Shown here: positions 1-8,870 of the stretch, piece after piece
How the letters are laid out: each line of letters starts with the position of its first letter
How positions within the stretch are numbered: the first letter of the stretch is position 1
Virus record (IMG/VR): IMGVR_UViG_3300028591_000110
Span: 1-64,000 of that record
Reading direction: 5' to 3' (one strand)
Length of the DNA stretch: 64,000 nt
From: a virus
Lineage: Duplodnaviria; Caudoviricetes
Translations under genes and position numbers: made by a program
The notes under the pieces: model-generated
What the model was told of the DNA's origin: nothing
Database searches by the model: none
Seen by the model: only the letters and a program-made list of their open reading frames with translations

Positions 1-221
1 CAGATGGACAGGTGCAGCGTGGGCCGGACGCCGACCTTGCGGAAGCCCTCTGTGACCTCACTGTAATACAGGCGAGCCTCCAGCTTTCTGCCGTCCGGCA
101 GGGGGATGTATTTGCTGATCTCCTTTTCACCGCGCATGAGGAAGCGGTTCAGGTCGAAGCGGAAGCCGTTGGAGCATTTCGCGTTCCATTTCGTGATCTG
201 TTCTCTCGTGATTTTCGGCAT
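1..221 (-). CDS. Hypothetical protein, truncated by window edge (MPKITREQITKWNAKCSNGFRFDLNRF...)
   Basis: ATG at 221 on the minus strand with a GAAAGGAG RBS. Open to position 1 and downstream of promoter-motif copy 1. Confidence 0.7.
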   Translation of the reverse strand, partial: MPKITREQITKWNAKCSNGFRFDLNRFLMRGEKEISKYIPLPDGRKLEARLYYSEVTEGFRKVGVRPTLHLSI

Positions 222-301
222 GGTGATTTCTCCTTTCAGGCGTTTGTGTTATATAAACAGAAAAAATCCGCCCGGTGCTAACCAGGCGGAGAAATATTTT
301 T

Positions 302-793
302 TCAGAGCTTGCTGTACCATTCCGGCTCGATCATGAGATAACCGTCCGGGTGATCCACGTCCGCGTAGAACGACAGCACGCAGTCGTCCGTCTTCATCAA
401 TGGCATATGCTGCAATGAATCGTCACACTTATAGATGATGCATTCTTCTCCGGAAATGGTTCTTTCCAATGCAGAGACGTAGATAACGCAGCGCGTGACA
501 GATCCGTTCGTGATGTACACCGGCAGCTTGTTTTTCATGGCATAGCAGATTCCGACACGCATATGAAACAGGAGCCGGGACTGATTGTAATAATGAATCG
601 CGGCAGCGTGACGCATCCGGCGACAGGTGCGCCAGAATTTTTCCGTGTCGGCCTCTTCCTCCCAGCGGCGGAGAATGTCGTCCAGCGCTTTGGCGTCAGC
701 CATTTCGATCGTGCGATCCTTCAGCTCGTCGAACGTGCCGTTCGGATCAAGCTGCTGCATCCAGTCCAGAACGTGGTTCAGTGTGAGTTTCAT
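302..793 (-). CDS. Hypothetical protein (163 aa)
   Basis: AGGAGGTG RBS, directly downstream of motif copy 2. Confidence 0.8.
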   Translation of the reverse strand: MKLTLNHVLDWMQQLDPNGTFDELKDRTIEMADAKALDDILRRWEEEADTEKFWRTCRRMRHAAAIHYYNQSRLLFHMRVGICYAMKNKLPVYITNGSVTRCVIYVSALERTISGEECIIYKCDDSLQHMPLMKTDDCVLSFYADVDHPDGYLMIEPEWYSKL

Positions 794-859
794 GTGTTTG
801 CACCTCCTGTTATAACTACAGAGAAAATCCCCGGCTTGCTAACCGGGGATTTGATTTTC

Positions 860-1195
860 TTATTTCGCTTTGATTCCGGTCTGCGAAGTATCGAACGCAA
901 CCTTCTCCCATCCCATTGTGTCGCAGAAATAGCATCCCGGCAAAATTGTGTTGCTGCCGTCATCCAGAATTTCCACGACATCGGAAACGGAAAGAGAATG
1001 GCCGGTAAAATCCACAGGATGCTTTAGATTGAACATCATGAAGATTCCATCCAGATCGGGCTCGTCTGTTTCACCGCTCCAAACCAGATCGTAGATAGAG
1101 CTGTCAAAATCAGCTTCCTGAAAATGACAGAGCGGCATAAACCTCAGACGATTGACATCCCGCTTGCTGTTGATTTGATAGATACAAATTTTCAT
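860..1195 (-). CDS. YodL-like domain protein
   Basis: Signature YDLVWSGE...LDGIFMMFNLKHPVDFTGHSLSVSDVV matches the YodL family. Confidence 0.8.
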   Translation of the reverse strand: MKICIYQINSKRDVNRLRFMPLCHFQEADFDSSIYDLVWSGETDEPDLDGIFMMFNLKHPVDFTGHSLSVSDVVEILDDGSNTILPGCYFCDTMGWEKVAFDTSQTGIKAK

Positions 1196-1245
1196 TGCGA
1201 TCCCTCCCGCTTTATTTACAGAATGATTTTCACCTTTGCTAACCT

Positions 1246-1560
1246 TCAGGCGGGAATTTCTTTCACCTGATAGCGCTGCGCCAGATACGTCCAGAGCGAC
1301 ATGGATTTATAGCGCCGCCAGTCCTCCGCGAAAGCCATGGCGGAATTTTGGAGCCAGTAGGGAACCGCAAGTTGATCCAGCAGCTCAAACGCGAGCCGGA
1401 TTGATCCGCGCGAGACCTCCGCATCCGGATCGTCCGCGCCGTAGCGTTCCCGGATGTAGGACAAATCCGCCGTCCAGCGGGCGAGATATTCCAGCTCTTT
1501 GATGCGTTTGTGATCCAGCAGGACGGTTATGTGTCCATTGGTGATTTCGTATTGTTTCAT
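1246..1560 (-). CDS. Hypothetical protein (104 aa)
   Basis: AGGAGG RBS before ATG 1560, with a motif copy upstream. Confidence 0.75.
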   Translation of the reverse strand: MKQYEITNGHITVLLDHKRIKELEYLARWTADLSYIRERYGADDPDAEVSRGSIRLAFELLDQLAVPYWLQNSAMAFAEDWRRYKSMSLWTYLAQRYQVKEIPA

Positions 1561-1623
1561 ATTATCGCCTCCTGTAATAATTACAGGAGCTTCTCCGGAT
1601 TTGCTAACCGTTCTGAAAAATAA

Positions 1624-1663
1624 AAAAACCGCCATCCGGCGAGCTTTTGACCCGCCGGATGGC
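1624..1663 (-). terminator. Intrinsic terminator
   Basis: GCCATCCGGCG/CGCCGGATGGC stem followed by a T-run on the minus strand. Confidence 0.75.
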
Positions 1664-1672
1664 GATCCCTGT

Positions 1673-1774
1673 TCATCGGAAGATTTCTTTGTCTACAGCC
1701 TCCATTTCATTCAAGATTTCTTCCGAGCTTGCATTCTTCAGCCATTCGATCATGGCGAGTTCTTCCTCTGTCAT
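1673..1774 (-). CDS. Small acidic peptide (33 aa, MTEEELAMIEWLKNASSEEILNEMEAVDKEIFR)
   Basis: ATGA overlap with the upstream gene, ending just before the terminator. Confidence 0.5.
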   Translation of the reverse strand: MTEEELAMIEWLKNASSEEILNEMEAVDKEIFR

Positions 1775-2145
1775 CGCTTCATCATCTCCTCTGCAAGCTG
1801 ATTCAGGTGTGCTTTATGAATTTTGTCCGTGTACAGGCCGAGCTTCATTGCGGCCTCCTCGTCCCAGGAGCTTTCCACCGTTTTCGCCCACTGCGCAGCG
1901 GCTTTGGAAATGCGTCCGTCCCATGCGGCGTGATTGATAAGCGTGGCGATCAGCGCCTCCGCTTTTTCTTTGCCGACGTCCGCGATATAGGCCTCCACCG
2001 TCTGCGCGGGCGTGTGATCCAGCATCATGTGCTGCATGTAGATCGATTCCAGCCTGTTCAGGTCGAAGCGCAGGTCGTCCCGCATTTTGAAGTAGTCCGC
2101 GCGATCCGCGTCCAGCATGGTTCTGATTTCGTTCATGGTTTTCAT
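1771..2145 (-). CDS. DUF3849-like protein
   Basis: LIATLIN..AWDGRISKAAAQWAK...HKAHLNQL resembles DUF3849. AGGAGG RBS. Confidence 0.6.
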   Translation of the reverse strand: MKTMNEIRTMLDADRADYFKMRDDLRFDLNRLESIYMQHMMLDHTPAQTVEAYIADVGKEKAEALIATLINHAAWDGRISKAAAQWAKTVESSWDEEAAMKLGLYTDKIHKAHLNQLAEEMMKR

Positions 2146-2200
2146 ATGATCGCCTCCTGTTATATCTTCAGAAAAGAATCCGTGTTTGCTAACCGGAAAT

Positions 2201-2449
2201 TTATTTTACATATTCAATTTCTTCCTGCCAGCAGATTTCATCGTTTCCGCGCGGCCCGTGCCAAACAGTCTGTTTTTTATATTCTTCCGCAACCTGCATG
2301 GCCTCCGCTTCAGATTTTACGAAACGTCCGATTCCGCAATAGTACCAGCGTGTTTTATCGAAGCTCGTCCAGACTGTTACATTGTGTGTAAATCCGTCAA
2401 CCGGAAAATCCACTTTGTAGATTATGATTTTTCTGAAGAACACCTTCAT
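2201..2449 (-). CDS. Hypothetical protein (82 aa)
   Basis: GGAGG RBS, same operon as 2464-3237. Confidence 0.7.
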   Translation of the reverse strand: MKVFFRKIIIYKVDFPVDGFTHNVTVWTSFDKTRWYYCGIGRFVKSEAEAMQVAEEYKKQTVWHGPRGNDEICWQEEIEYVK

Positions 2450-2463
2450 TTTTCCGCCTCCGT

Positions 2464-3237
2464 TTAATACCAGTCGTTTTCCATGGCGTCGCGCAGGAAC
2501 TGTTTCCGCGCGTCCCGGTAGGCGCGGCGGCGTTCTGCGCTGAAGGAGAGCTTGTCAAAATAGTCGTCCAGACCGGCAGAGTCGCCCAGCCATGGAACGT
2601 CCCCGAAAACGGACAGCACGTCCCAGTCGCCTTGAGCGTTGATGTGATACTCGTGGTTCCCCATCTCGTAGTAAAAGGCGCTTTTCCAGTAATCGTAGTC
2701 GTCCGCAATCTTCATCTTTGCAGCCTGCAGACGGGAGAAAAGCTCTTTATGATGCTCTACAAAATCCTCGTCCAGCGGGTCGTAAAAGGCGAAGCAGACG
2801 GGATTATAGATTTTTCCCGCTACAGACTTTTGATAGGCCTCCTCCTCGGCGTCGTTGTGCGTGATGCAGAATGCGGAAACATAATCCTCCTGCATTCCGT
2901 AATAGTTTGTAAGATAGCCTGATTTTCTCCGGTATTCGTCGTATGTTTTGATCGGCTCCGCGATCTCCGCCTCTGTGAAGAGCTTGTTTTCCAGCGTCCG
3001 CAGATACCAGTCGCGCAGCTCCTCGCGCGTCTTTCCGGCGTGATGCAGCTCGTAGTCGTTCGCGTGGTAGATGTGATGCGCGTTTTTGTAAACCAGAGCG
3101 CTGTAACCGAAATAGCCTCCGAAGTCCACCAGATATACCGTGTGATCCTTGATCGTGAGCGTTTCCAGCGCCATCGCGGCGGCCTCCGCCTCCGTGAGCG
3201 CCTCGATCATATGAATGTCAAAATTTTTCTGTTCCAT
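2464..3237 (-). CDS. Hypothetical protein (257 aa, acidic/aromatic, YEMGNHEY motif)
   Basis: Long ORF with a GAAAGGA RBS and a motif copy upstream. Confidence 0.85.
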   Translation of the reverse strand: MEQKNFDIHMIEALTEAEAAAMALETLTIKDHTVYLVDFGGYFGYSALVYKNAHHIYHANDYELHHAGKTREELRDWYLRTLENKLFTEAEIAEPIKTYDEYRRKSGYLTNYYGMQEDYVSAFCITHNDAEEEAYQKSVAGKIYNPVCFAFYDPLDEDFVEHHKELFSRLQAAKMKIADDYDYWKSAFYYEMGNHEYHINAQGDWDVLSVFGDVPWLGDSAGLDDYFDKLSFSAERRRAYRDARKQFLRDAMENDWY

Positions 3238-3351
3238 GGTTCCGTTCCTTTCCGGCTTGCGCCTGTTCTGTTATATCTACAGAAAGAATCCGTGTTTTGC
3301 TAACCGGTAAAAAAATAAAATAATCCGGGGACGGTGATCCGTCCCCGTGAT

Positions 3352-3519
3352 TCATCCGGCCAGTTTTTCCATGACCATGAAAATGTTCAGAGCGCTGTAA
3401 ACCGGGTCGGAGCCCAGGTTTTTGCATACGACCTCCAGAATGCTCAGCATCCACCATCCGCCGGACAGAATGCCGGCGATTTCCATGACGCTTATGCGCT
3501 TGCGCGTGTTCTTTTTCAT
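3352..3519 (-). CDS. Small putative membrane protein
   Basis: GGAGGT RBS, hydrophobic stretch, followed by a terminator at about 3310-3347. Confidence 0.6.
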   Translation of the reverse strand: MKKNTRKRISVMEIAGILSGGWWMLSILEVVCKNLGSDPVYSALNIFMVMEKLAG

Positions 3520-3686
3520 CAGATTTTGACCTCCGTTCCCGTGATGGTATAGGGCGTGCGGCTCGATCCATAATGCGCCGCGTCCTGCCGCTGGATATAC
3601 CAGCGGCTCGCGACGATCCATGACAGGACGGCCAGCGCCATCAGCAGCGCTGCCGTCCGGCGTTCCGTTTGCTTGCGTTTTTCCAT
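3519..3686 (-). CDS. Small putative membrane protein
   Basis: GGAGG RBS and hydrophobic AALLMALAVLSWIVA. Confidence 0.6.
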   Translation of the reverse strand: MEKRKQTERRTAALLMALAVLSWIVASRWYIQRQDAAHYGSSRTPYTITGTEVKI

Positions 3687-3688
3687 GT

Positions 3689-3982
3689 TCATCCCTCCGT
3701 GATCCATGTCCGGCTGTTGATATATTCGCAGACGTGCTCCGGGTAGCCGTTTTCCCGGACGTAGGCGCAGAGCTCGCGCTTTACGTCATCCTCCGTGCCG
3801 CTGTCCATCGCGCGGGTGATCCGCACGGCGTTTTCTCCGGCGCATCCGTCGATATAGCGGGCAACGTCACTGTAAAACTTTTCCGGTTTGTAGCGAATCT
3901 CCGACAACGTAAATCCGAATCCAAATCCGTTCGGAGCCATGTCGTCGTAAAACTTGCGATCCAGTATGCAATCAATAATCAT
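3689..3982 (-). CDS. Hypothetical protein (97 aa)
   Basis: GGAGG RBS, motif copy upstream. Confidence 0.75.
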   Translation of the reverse strand: MIIDCILDRKFYDDMAPNGFGFGFTLSEIRYKPEKFYSDVARYIDGCAGENAVRITRAMDSGTEDDVKRELCAYVRENGYPEHVCEYINSRTWITEG

Positions 3983-4065
3983 GGTGTTTTCCTCCGTGAA
4001 TTTTTTCCGGGATTGTGCTCCCGTCTATCTATCAGAACGTTTCCGGCGTTTGCTAACCAGTCTTT

Positions 4066-4467
4066 TTAATGGCCGAATTTTTCCATCAGAGCACGTTCGA
4101 TCCATTCATCGAACGACGTGTCGTCCGCTTTGCGATCCAGAAATGCGTCCACCGTGACTCCGCAAAACTCTGCAAGCCTGTTTTCGTCGTCCAGTGTTCC
4201 GCCGATTAAAATTTCTCCGGCGGCCTCCATGTGTCCGGCGCGGCTGCCCATCGTGACCAGCAGGTTATCCCGCAGCGGGCGATCCTGAAAACCGCCAATC
4301 ATCCGAATTGCCTCATCCGCCGAGATCATTTCCTTCTCCCGGTAATAAACCGCCAAATCGCACTGCCGCATTATTTCCATTTTCTGATCCGGCGTCAGCT
4401 TGTCGTCCGCCTCGATTGTGTCCATCCGCGCGTTTGCGTATTTGATAATGTACTGTTCCGTTTTCAT
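4066..4467 (-). CDS. Hypothetical protein (133 aa, acidic)
   Basis: GGAGGT RBS, motif copy upstream. Confidence 0.75.
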   Translation of the reverse strand: MKTEQYIIKYANARMDTIEADDKLTPDQKMEIMRQCDLAVYYREKEMISADEAIRMIGGFQDRPLRDNLLVTMGSRAGHMEAAGEILIGGTLDDENRLAEFCGVTVDAFLDRKADDTSFDEWIERALMEKFGH

Positions 4468-4618
4468 CCGAAATGACCTCCATGTTTTGATCCGGGATTG
4501 ATCCCTGTTATATCTTCAGAAGAAAAGTCCATCCTGCTAACCAGAAATTCAAAAAAATTATTCCGCAAAACAAAAAAACCGCCCGCCGGTTATCCGACGG
4601 GCGCGTCTGTTCCATTTT

Positions 4619-4909
4619 TCAGTCCATGAACGGCTCCTGCCGGGCGAGAATGCGGCCTTCCCAATAAAGCGCCTCCTCGTCGCTGTTCCGGCGCTGTTCC
4701 GGTTTTGACGGGCTGAAATTTTCCAGCCTGTACCCGTCCGGATCGTCCGCGAGCCAGACGATGCCGCTCTCCGCGCGGATATCCAGAAAACGCGGATTCC
4801 GGCCTTTGTCTTTGCCGACGGCCATCAGCCATGCGTAAATCGCTTCCACGTCCAGTCCGGACTCAGCGGCCAGTTTTTCCGCGAGCCCATAAACGTCCTT
4901 GCGTATCAT
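4619..4909 (-). CDS. Hypothetical protein (96 aa)
   Basis: GGAGG RBS, motif upstream, terminator at about 4572-4604 downstream. Confidence 0.75.
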   Translation of the reverse strand: MIRKDVYGLAEKLAAESGLDVEAIYAWLMAVGKDKGRNPRFLDIRAESGIVWLADDPDGYRLENFSPSKPEQRRNSDEEALYWEGRILARQEPFMD

Positions 4910-4984
4910 CGTGTTCCCTCCGTTCCGTTGTTCTGTTATATTTACAGAAGTTTTTCCGGATTTGCTAACCTGTTCCGGAATTTT

Positions 4985-5353
4985 TTATTCCTGCCGGTCG
5001 TGGATACAGAGCGGATAATACGTTCCGGTCTCCGCTCTGAATCGTGAGTCGCTCGTGTGCGCCAGATTCCCGCCGAACATCCACCATCCGGGACGGGCAA
5101 CGACAGCGCCGTTTTCGTCCACCGTGGCCGGGATGATTCGCGCGTGATCCTCCGTCACACCATAGACGAATCCGGACAGGTTGCGGTGTTCCACCATGCA
5201 GAAATTTTCCGGGATGCCGTCATCCGTATCGACCGTGATGTGTCCGTCCGGGCAGGCTACCAGCAGCTCGTTGAACCGGCTGGAGATTCCGCCGTTCGTG
5301 GCGTCCCATTTTCCATGGCGGTAAACGTCTACCGGCAAAGCTTTGATTTTCAT
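4985..5353 (-). CDS. Hypothetical phage protein (122 aa, MFGGN..TSDSRF motif)
   Basis: GGAGG RBS, motif copy upstream. Confidence 0.8.
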   Translation of the reverse strand: MKIKALPVDVYRHGKWDATNGGISSRFNELLVACPDGHITVDTDDGIPENFCMVEHRNLSGFVYGVTEDHARIIPATVDENGAVVARPGWWMFGGNLAHTSDSRFRAETGTYYPLCIHDRQE

Positions 5354-5497
5354 AGGTGATTCCCTCCATGATTGATTTTGTTCCGGGTTTTGTTCCCGTT
5401 ATATCTTCAGAAAGAATTTGATCCGTGCTAACCAGGAAAATAAAAAATCCGGCGGGCATTTTTCAGCCCGCCGTGATCCGTTCCGCGCCTCCCTCCG

Positions 5498-5683
5498 TTA
5501 TGCTGTCAGCGCTCGCCGCTGTGTCCAGCAGCGCACCTCCCGGACACAATAGACCTCCAGAATCATATGTCCGGCAGCGCGTACTTTCTTGACTGCATCC
5601 GTTATGGAATACGCCTTGACATATTCCGTCTTCAGGTAGTTTCCGCGCCCGTAAAACTGTACACAATAGGTTTGACGTTCCAT
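5498..5683 (-). CDS. Hypothetical protein (61 aa)
   Basis: GAGGAGG RBS, terminator at about 5442-5473. Confidence 0.65.
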   Translation of the reverse strand: MERQTYCVQFYGRGNYLKTEYVKAYSITDAVKKVRAAGHMILEVYCVREVRCWTQRRALTA

Positions 5684-5695
5684 GTTCGATCCTCC

Positions 5696-5980
5696 TCACT
5701 GATCCACGGAAGCAAAGCCCTGCTGACGCTCGGCCTCGTCCACCGCGTCATAAAACTTGTCGATCAAGCCGTCCGCCGTCCATTGCTCGCGCTGCACCTG
5801 CACGGCCTCCACCGTCCGGCGGGCGATCCGTCCGCGATTGCCGGACGCCTCCGCACGGCACACCGCGTCGCGTGCCTCCAGAATTTTGCGGCTCCGGTTC
5901 CCGTAGAACATCAGCAGCGCCTTTTCGAGTATGTCCTGCTCCTGCGCGTCGAGCGTCATCGTGATCGTGATTTTTTCCAT
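5696..5980 (-). CDS. Hypothetical protein (94 aa)
   Basis: GGAGGT RBS, motif copy upstream. Confidence 0.7.
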   Translation of the reverse strand: MEKITITMTLDAQEQDILEKALLMFYGNRSRKILEARDAVCRAEASGNRGRIARRTVEAVQVQREQWTADGLIDKFYDAVDEAERQQGFASVDQ

Positions 5981-6100
5981 GGTTCAAACCTCCATTGTTT
6001 TCTGTTCCGGGATTCCTCCCGGTTATATATCAGAAGTTTTTCCGTTCCTGCTAACCAGAAAATAAAAAAATCGCCGGGGATCTCTCCCCGGCGTGATTCC

Positions 6101-6232
6101 TCAATTCATCCAGTCCAGCGCCTCCGCGCCGTCGTCCAGATCGCCGCAGTACATGTCCGCAAAGCTCGTAAAGCCTCCGGATATCTCGTCCAGCGCCTCG
6201 CGCAGCTCGTAGCTGTCAAAGTAATCAAACAT
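6101..6232 (-). CDS. Very acidic 43-aa peptide (MFDYFDSYELREALDEISGGFTSFADMYCGDLDDGAEALDWMN)
   Basis: GAGGAGGT RBS, followed by a terminator at about 6064-6093. Below the ORF-track cutoff. Confidence 0.65.
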   Translation of the reverse strand: MFDYFDSYELREALDEISGGFTSFADMYCGDLDDGAEALDWMN

Positions 6233-6245
6233 GATTCAAACCTCC

Positions 6246-6443
6246 TCAAAGATACGGGTTGCCGATCGTGCACGGCTCCTCGTGCAGCGCCTCGCGCGTC
6301 GTGACCTTCCTGATCTCCGGCTGCTCGCCGTATTCCTCCGCGACCTCTGCGGCCAGCGCCCGCGCGGCCTTCAGGCCGTAGCATCCGCCGACGCCGTTCC
6401 AGCGCCCGGCATTGTCGAAACCGACGTTGTAAAAGTTTTTCAT
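6246..6443 (-). CDS. Hypothetical protein (65 aa)
   Basis: GGAGGT RBS before ATG 6443, motif copy upstream. Confidence 0.65.
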   Translation of the reverse strand: MKNFYNVGFDNAGRWNGVGGCYGLKAARALAAEVAEEYGEQPEIRKVTTREALHEEPCTIGNPYL

Positions 6444-6582
6444 GTGATGACCTCCCGTCATTCGTTCCGGCTGCCGTGGCCGCCGTTCTGTTATATCTAC
6501 AGGCAAAATGTGTTCTGTGCTAACCATGCCAGCAAAAAAAATTGCCCGGCGGGAAAAACCTGCCGGGCGTGTTCCGCGCTCC

Positions 6583-6942
6583 TCAAATAAAGTACATTTC
6601 CCCATTGACTTCCAGGGCGACGGCCTCCTGCTGCATGGAGCGCTTGAGCTCCTCGCAGTGATCGACGACCGCGCCGATGTGCTGCTGGAGATCGCTGTCG
6701 CTCGCGTAGGCGAAAACAACCGTGGTATTTTCGGCGACAAGGCCGGCAGCGGGGGAGAGCCAATAGCCGAGCGCGGGCGTGCTCGTGGCGCCGCCGAAAA
6801 GCCTGGACAGCAGCGCCGCCGTGCTCTTGACCTGTTCCGTGTTATCCGTGGCCGTGTCAACGCCGGACGTGGCCGGGACGTAAACCGTAACTTTACTGGA
6901 AAGCTTGATGCAAGCTTTCAGCCGTGCATTATTGATCGTCAT
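6583..6942 (-). CDS. Hypothetical protein, DUF3574/PII-like fold possible
   Basis: FGGAT...GYW...LVAE...QQEAVALE pattern and AGGAGGT RBS. Confidence 0.6.
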   Translation of the reverse strand: MTINNARLKACIKLSSKVTVYVPATSGVDTATDNTEQVKSTAALLSRLFGGATSTPALGYWLSPAAGLVAENTTVVFAYASDSDLQQHIGAVVDHCEELKRSMQQEAVALEVNGEMYFI

Positions 6943-7059
6943 GGTGTTTGACCTCCTGTCATGAGATGAGGCGCGAGCGGGACGGCCCGCGCCCGGTTCC
7001 GGTTATATATCAGAAGAAAATCCCGGCTTGCTAACCATGCCCGCCGGGATTTTTTCAGG

Positions 7060-7866
7060 TCAGGCCGCGAGCGCGTCAGCAACGGCCTTTTTCATTTTCG
7101 CGATTCGCTTGTGCACGGCGACGTTAGAAATCCCGACATACTGCGCGATCTCGCGTTCCGTCAGGCCGAGCCGGTTATAACTCCAGATCCGGCGGCCTGT
7201 CAGGTCAAACCGGGAAATGACCTGCTCCACAATCACGCGGGCGATGGCGCTCGATTCGGTATTGTCCCGGCGAGCGCTTGCCATGGTCTCGACATAGCTG
7301 TAAGTGTCGCCGTCAGCGTCGACGATCTCGCGGACGCAAGCACGACCGTGCTTGATATCGGCGTAATAGATCGCCGCGATGCTCGCGTGCGCGGAGTCGT
7401 AAACGAGCTTTTGCAGGGACAGCGGACGTTTACCGGAGGCCGCGCGCTTTTCGTTGACTCGCGCGAGCTTTGCGGGATCGGCGAGCTTGCCCGCAATGCG
7501 GAGCCACGTCTCATTTACAAACTCGTCAAACTCATGGCCGTGCAGCGCGAACGCAGGGACTTCAGTAAACTGAAGATAATGGTCTTCGGTCGAATAGCCG
7601 ATATCATTCTTCGCGGCCTTGCGAACGCAAGCCGTCATGAAGCGCATCTGTGCGGCAGTGTCGAGCGCAGCCCATTCAGCCGCGAGCGCGTCAGCATTTG
7701 CGGCGGCATACGGCGCTTCAGCTTCAGCCCACGCGAGCCGGAGGCATTCGCCCCAAATGACAGCGGACACGCTGCAGCCCATATCGGCAGCAGCAGCGCG
7801 ACGGATCGCCCACGCGCGGCGCATGATGGCGGAAAGATCGTACTTGTGGTTGATGGTGTTTTTCAT
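7060..7866 (-). CDS. Phage sigma-70/ECF-like sigma factor
   Basis: Region-2-like FDEFVNETWLRI and C-terminal region-4 HTH GLTEREIAQYVGISNVAVHKRIAKM. Confidence 0.75.
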   Translation of the reverse strand: MKNTINHKYDLSAIMRRAWAIRRAAAADMGCSVSAVIWGECLRLAWAEAEAPYAAANADALAAEWAALDTAAQMRFMTACVRKAAKNDIGYSTEDHYLQFTEVPAFALHGHEFDEFVNETWLRIAGKLADPAKLARVNEKRAASGKRPLSLQKLVYDSAHASIAAIYYADIKHGRACVREIVDADGDTYSYVETMASARRDNTESSAIARVIVEQVISRFDLTGRRIWSYNRLGLTEREIAQYVGISNVAVHKRIAKMKKAVADALAA

Positions 7867-7896
7867 GGTGACAGCTCCTTAAATTAGATAGTCTAC

Positions 7897-8090
7897 AATG
7901 ACGCGCTATGCGAGCAGCAGCGCAGCGGATGGAACCACGCCCGGCAGCCCGCACGGGCAGCCCTGTATCTAATGGTATTGTACCATATATGCGGCCAAAT
8001 GGCAAGCCTCTAATGACGCGCTTTAGATATCGGATCTGTAGAAAAACCAGGATCTATTTTGTGCAATATGCTAGATACTAATGACGCGCT
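7897..8090. repeat. Three direct repeats AATGACGCGCT flanking the sigma-gene promoter
   Basis: Exact copies at 7897-7907, 8012-8022 and 8080-8090. Confidence 0.8.
7977..8005 (-). promoter_or_regulatory. Sigma-A promoter for the sigma-like gene
   Basis: TTGCCA-17 bp-TACAAT with extended TG on the minus strand. Confidence 0.75.
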
Positions 8091-8099
8091 ATCAGAGCG

Positions 8100-8760
8100 C
8101 AGCAGAGGCCGCAGGACGCACGGCAGCAGAGCAGGAGCAGAGACAGAGGAAGAGGAGCAGGACAGCAGCAGAGCGCAAGCAGAGACGCGAGGAGCGCAGC
8201 AGGACGGCAGCAGCGCGGGCACGGCCTCGCCGGAGCCGGGAACCACCTGCACGACCTGCACGGCAGCCCGCACGGCCTCGCCTACGGCAGCGCAGCCGGA
8301 GACCGCCGCACGGCCTCGCCCACCATGCCCGGCAGCCCTGCGCGATCTGCGCGAGCACCTGCACCGCAGCAGCCCGGCACGGAATCCCGGCAGCCCTGCG
8401 CAGCGCCTACGGCAGCTGGAGCAGCCCGCGAGGAGTAAAGCAGAGAAAGCAGGGACGGACGGAAGGAAGGACGGGAAGGAGAAGACCGGACGCGCAACAG
8501 GCCGCCTGTAGCATCAGCAGCAGCCCGCCGCGCTCGCTTGCGAGCCCTTCACGCCCTGCGCGGCCTTGACGACCGCAGCAGCGCCGCAGAGACGCGAAAA
8601 CGCCCGGAAAAGCAATTCTGCACTTTGAGAGATTGCAGAACAGGCCGCCCGCGCGTTGATATCCGGCCATTTTTTCACGCTCCAGAGACCCGGGGAGCCT
8701 CCACATTTTGGCCGGCGACTAGCCAAAAAAATTTTGGCTCAGTACCTTCATCCCCACACC
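8100..8760. repeat. Low-complexity, purine-skewed repeat region at the strand switch
   Basis: CACGGCCTCGCC x3 (about 8220, 8271, 8309), CCCGGCAGCCCTGCGC x2 and GCAGCAG runs. Overlapping ORFs look spurious. Confidence 0.65.
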
Positions 8761-8870
8761 ATCCTCTTTTTCAGCCTTCCCGTCGATCATCGCCTTTCAG
8801 CTATTCGCAAAGCCAATCAACCGCAAAACGATCTTCAACGAAATAGCAAAACACAAAAACACCAAACAAA

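Larger units (their letters stand above)
249..7036 (-). promoter_or_regulatory. 13 copies of a phage-specific promoter-like motif GGTTAGCA-N14-YCTG-N3-4-TATAA
   Basis: Copies at about 249-283, 810-844, 1211-1244, 1575-1609, 2160-2194, 3271-3305, 4024-4058, 4508-4542, 4936-4970, 5399-5433, 6023-6056, 6491-6525 and 7003-7036. All share orientation and spacing and lie just upstream of an RBS+ATG. The TATAA part is degenerate in a few copies. Confidence 0.85.

Noticed and set aside
249-7036. The 13 repeats as a CRISPR array
   Set aside because: The intervals are 360-1100 bp and contain whole genes, the repeat middles are variable, and no cas genes are present.
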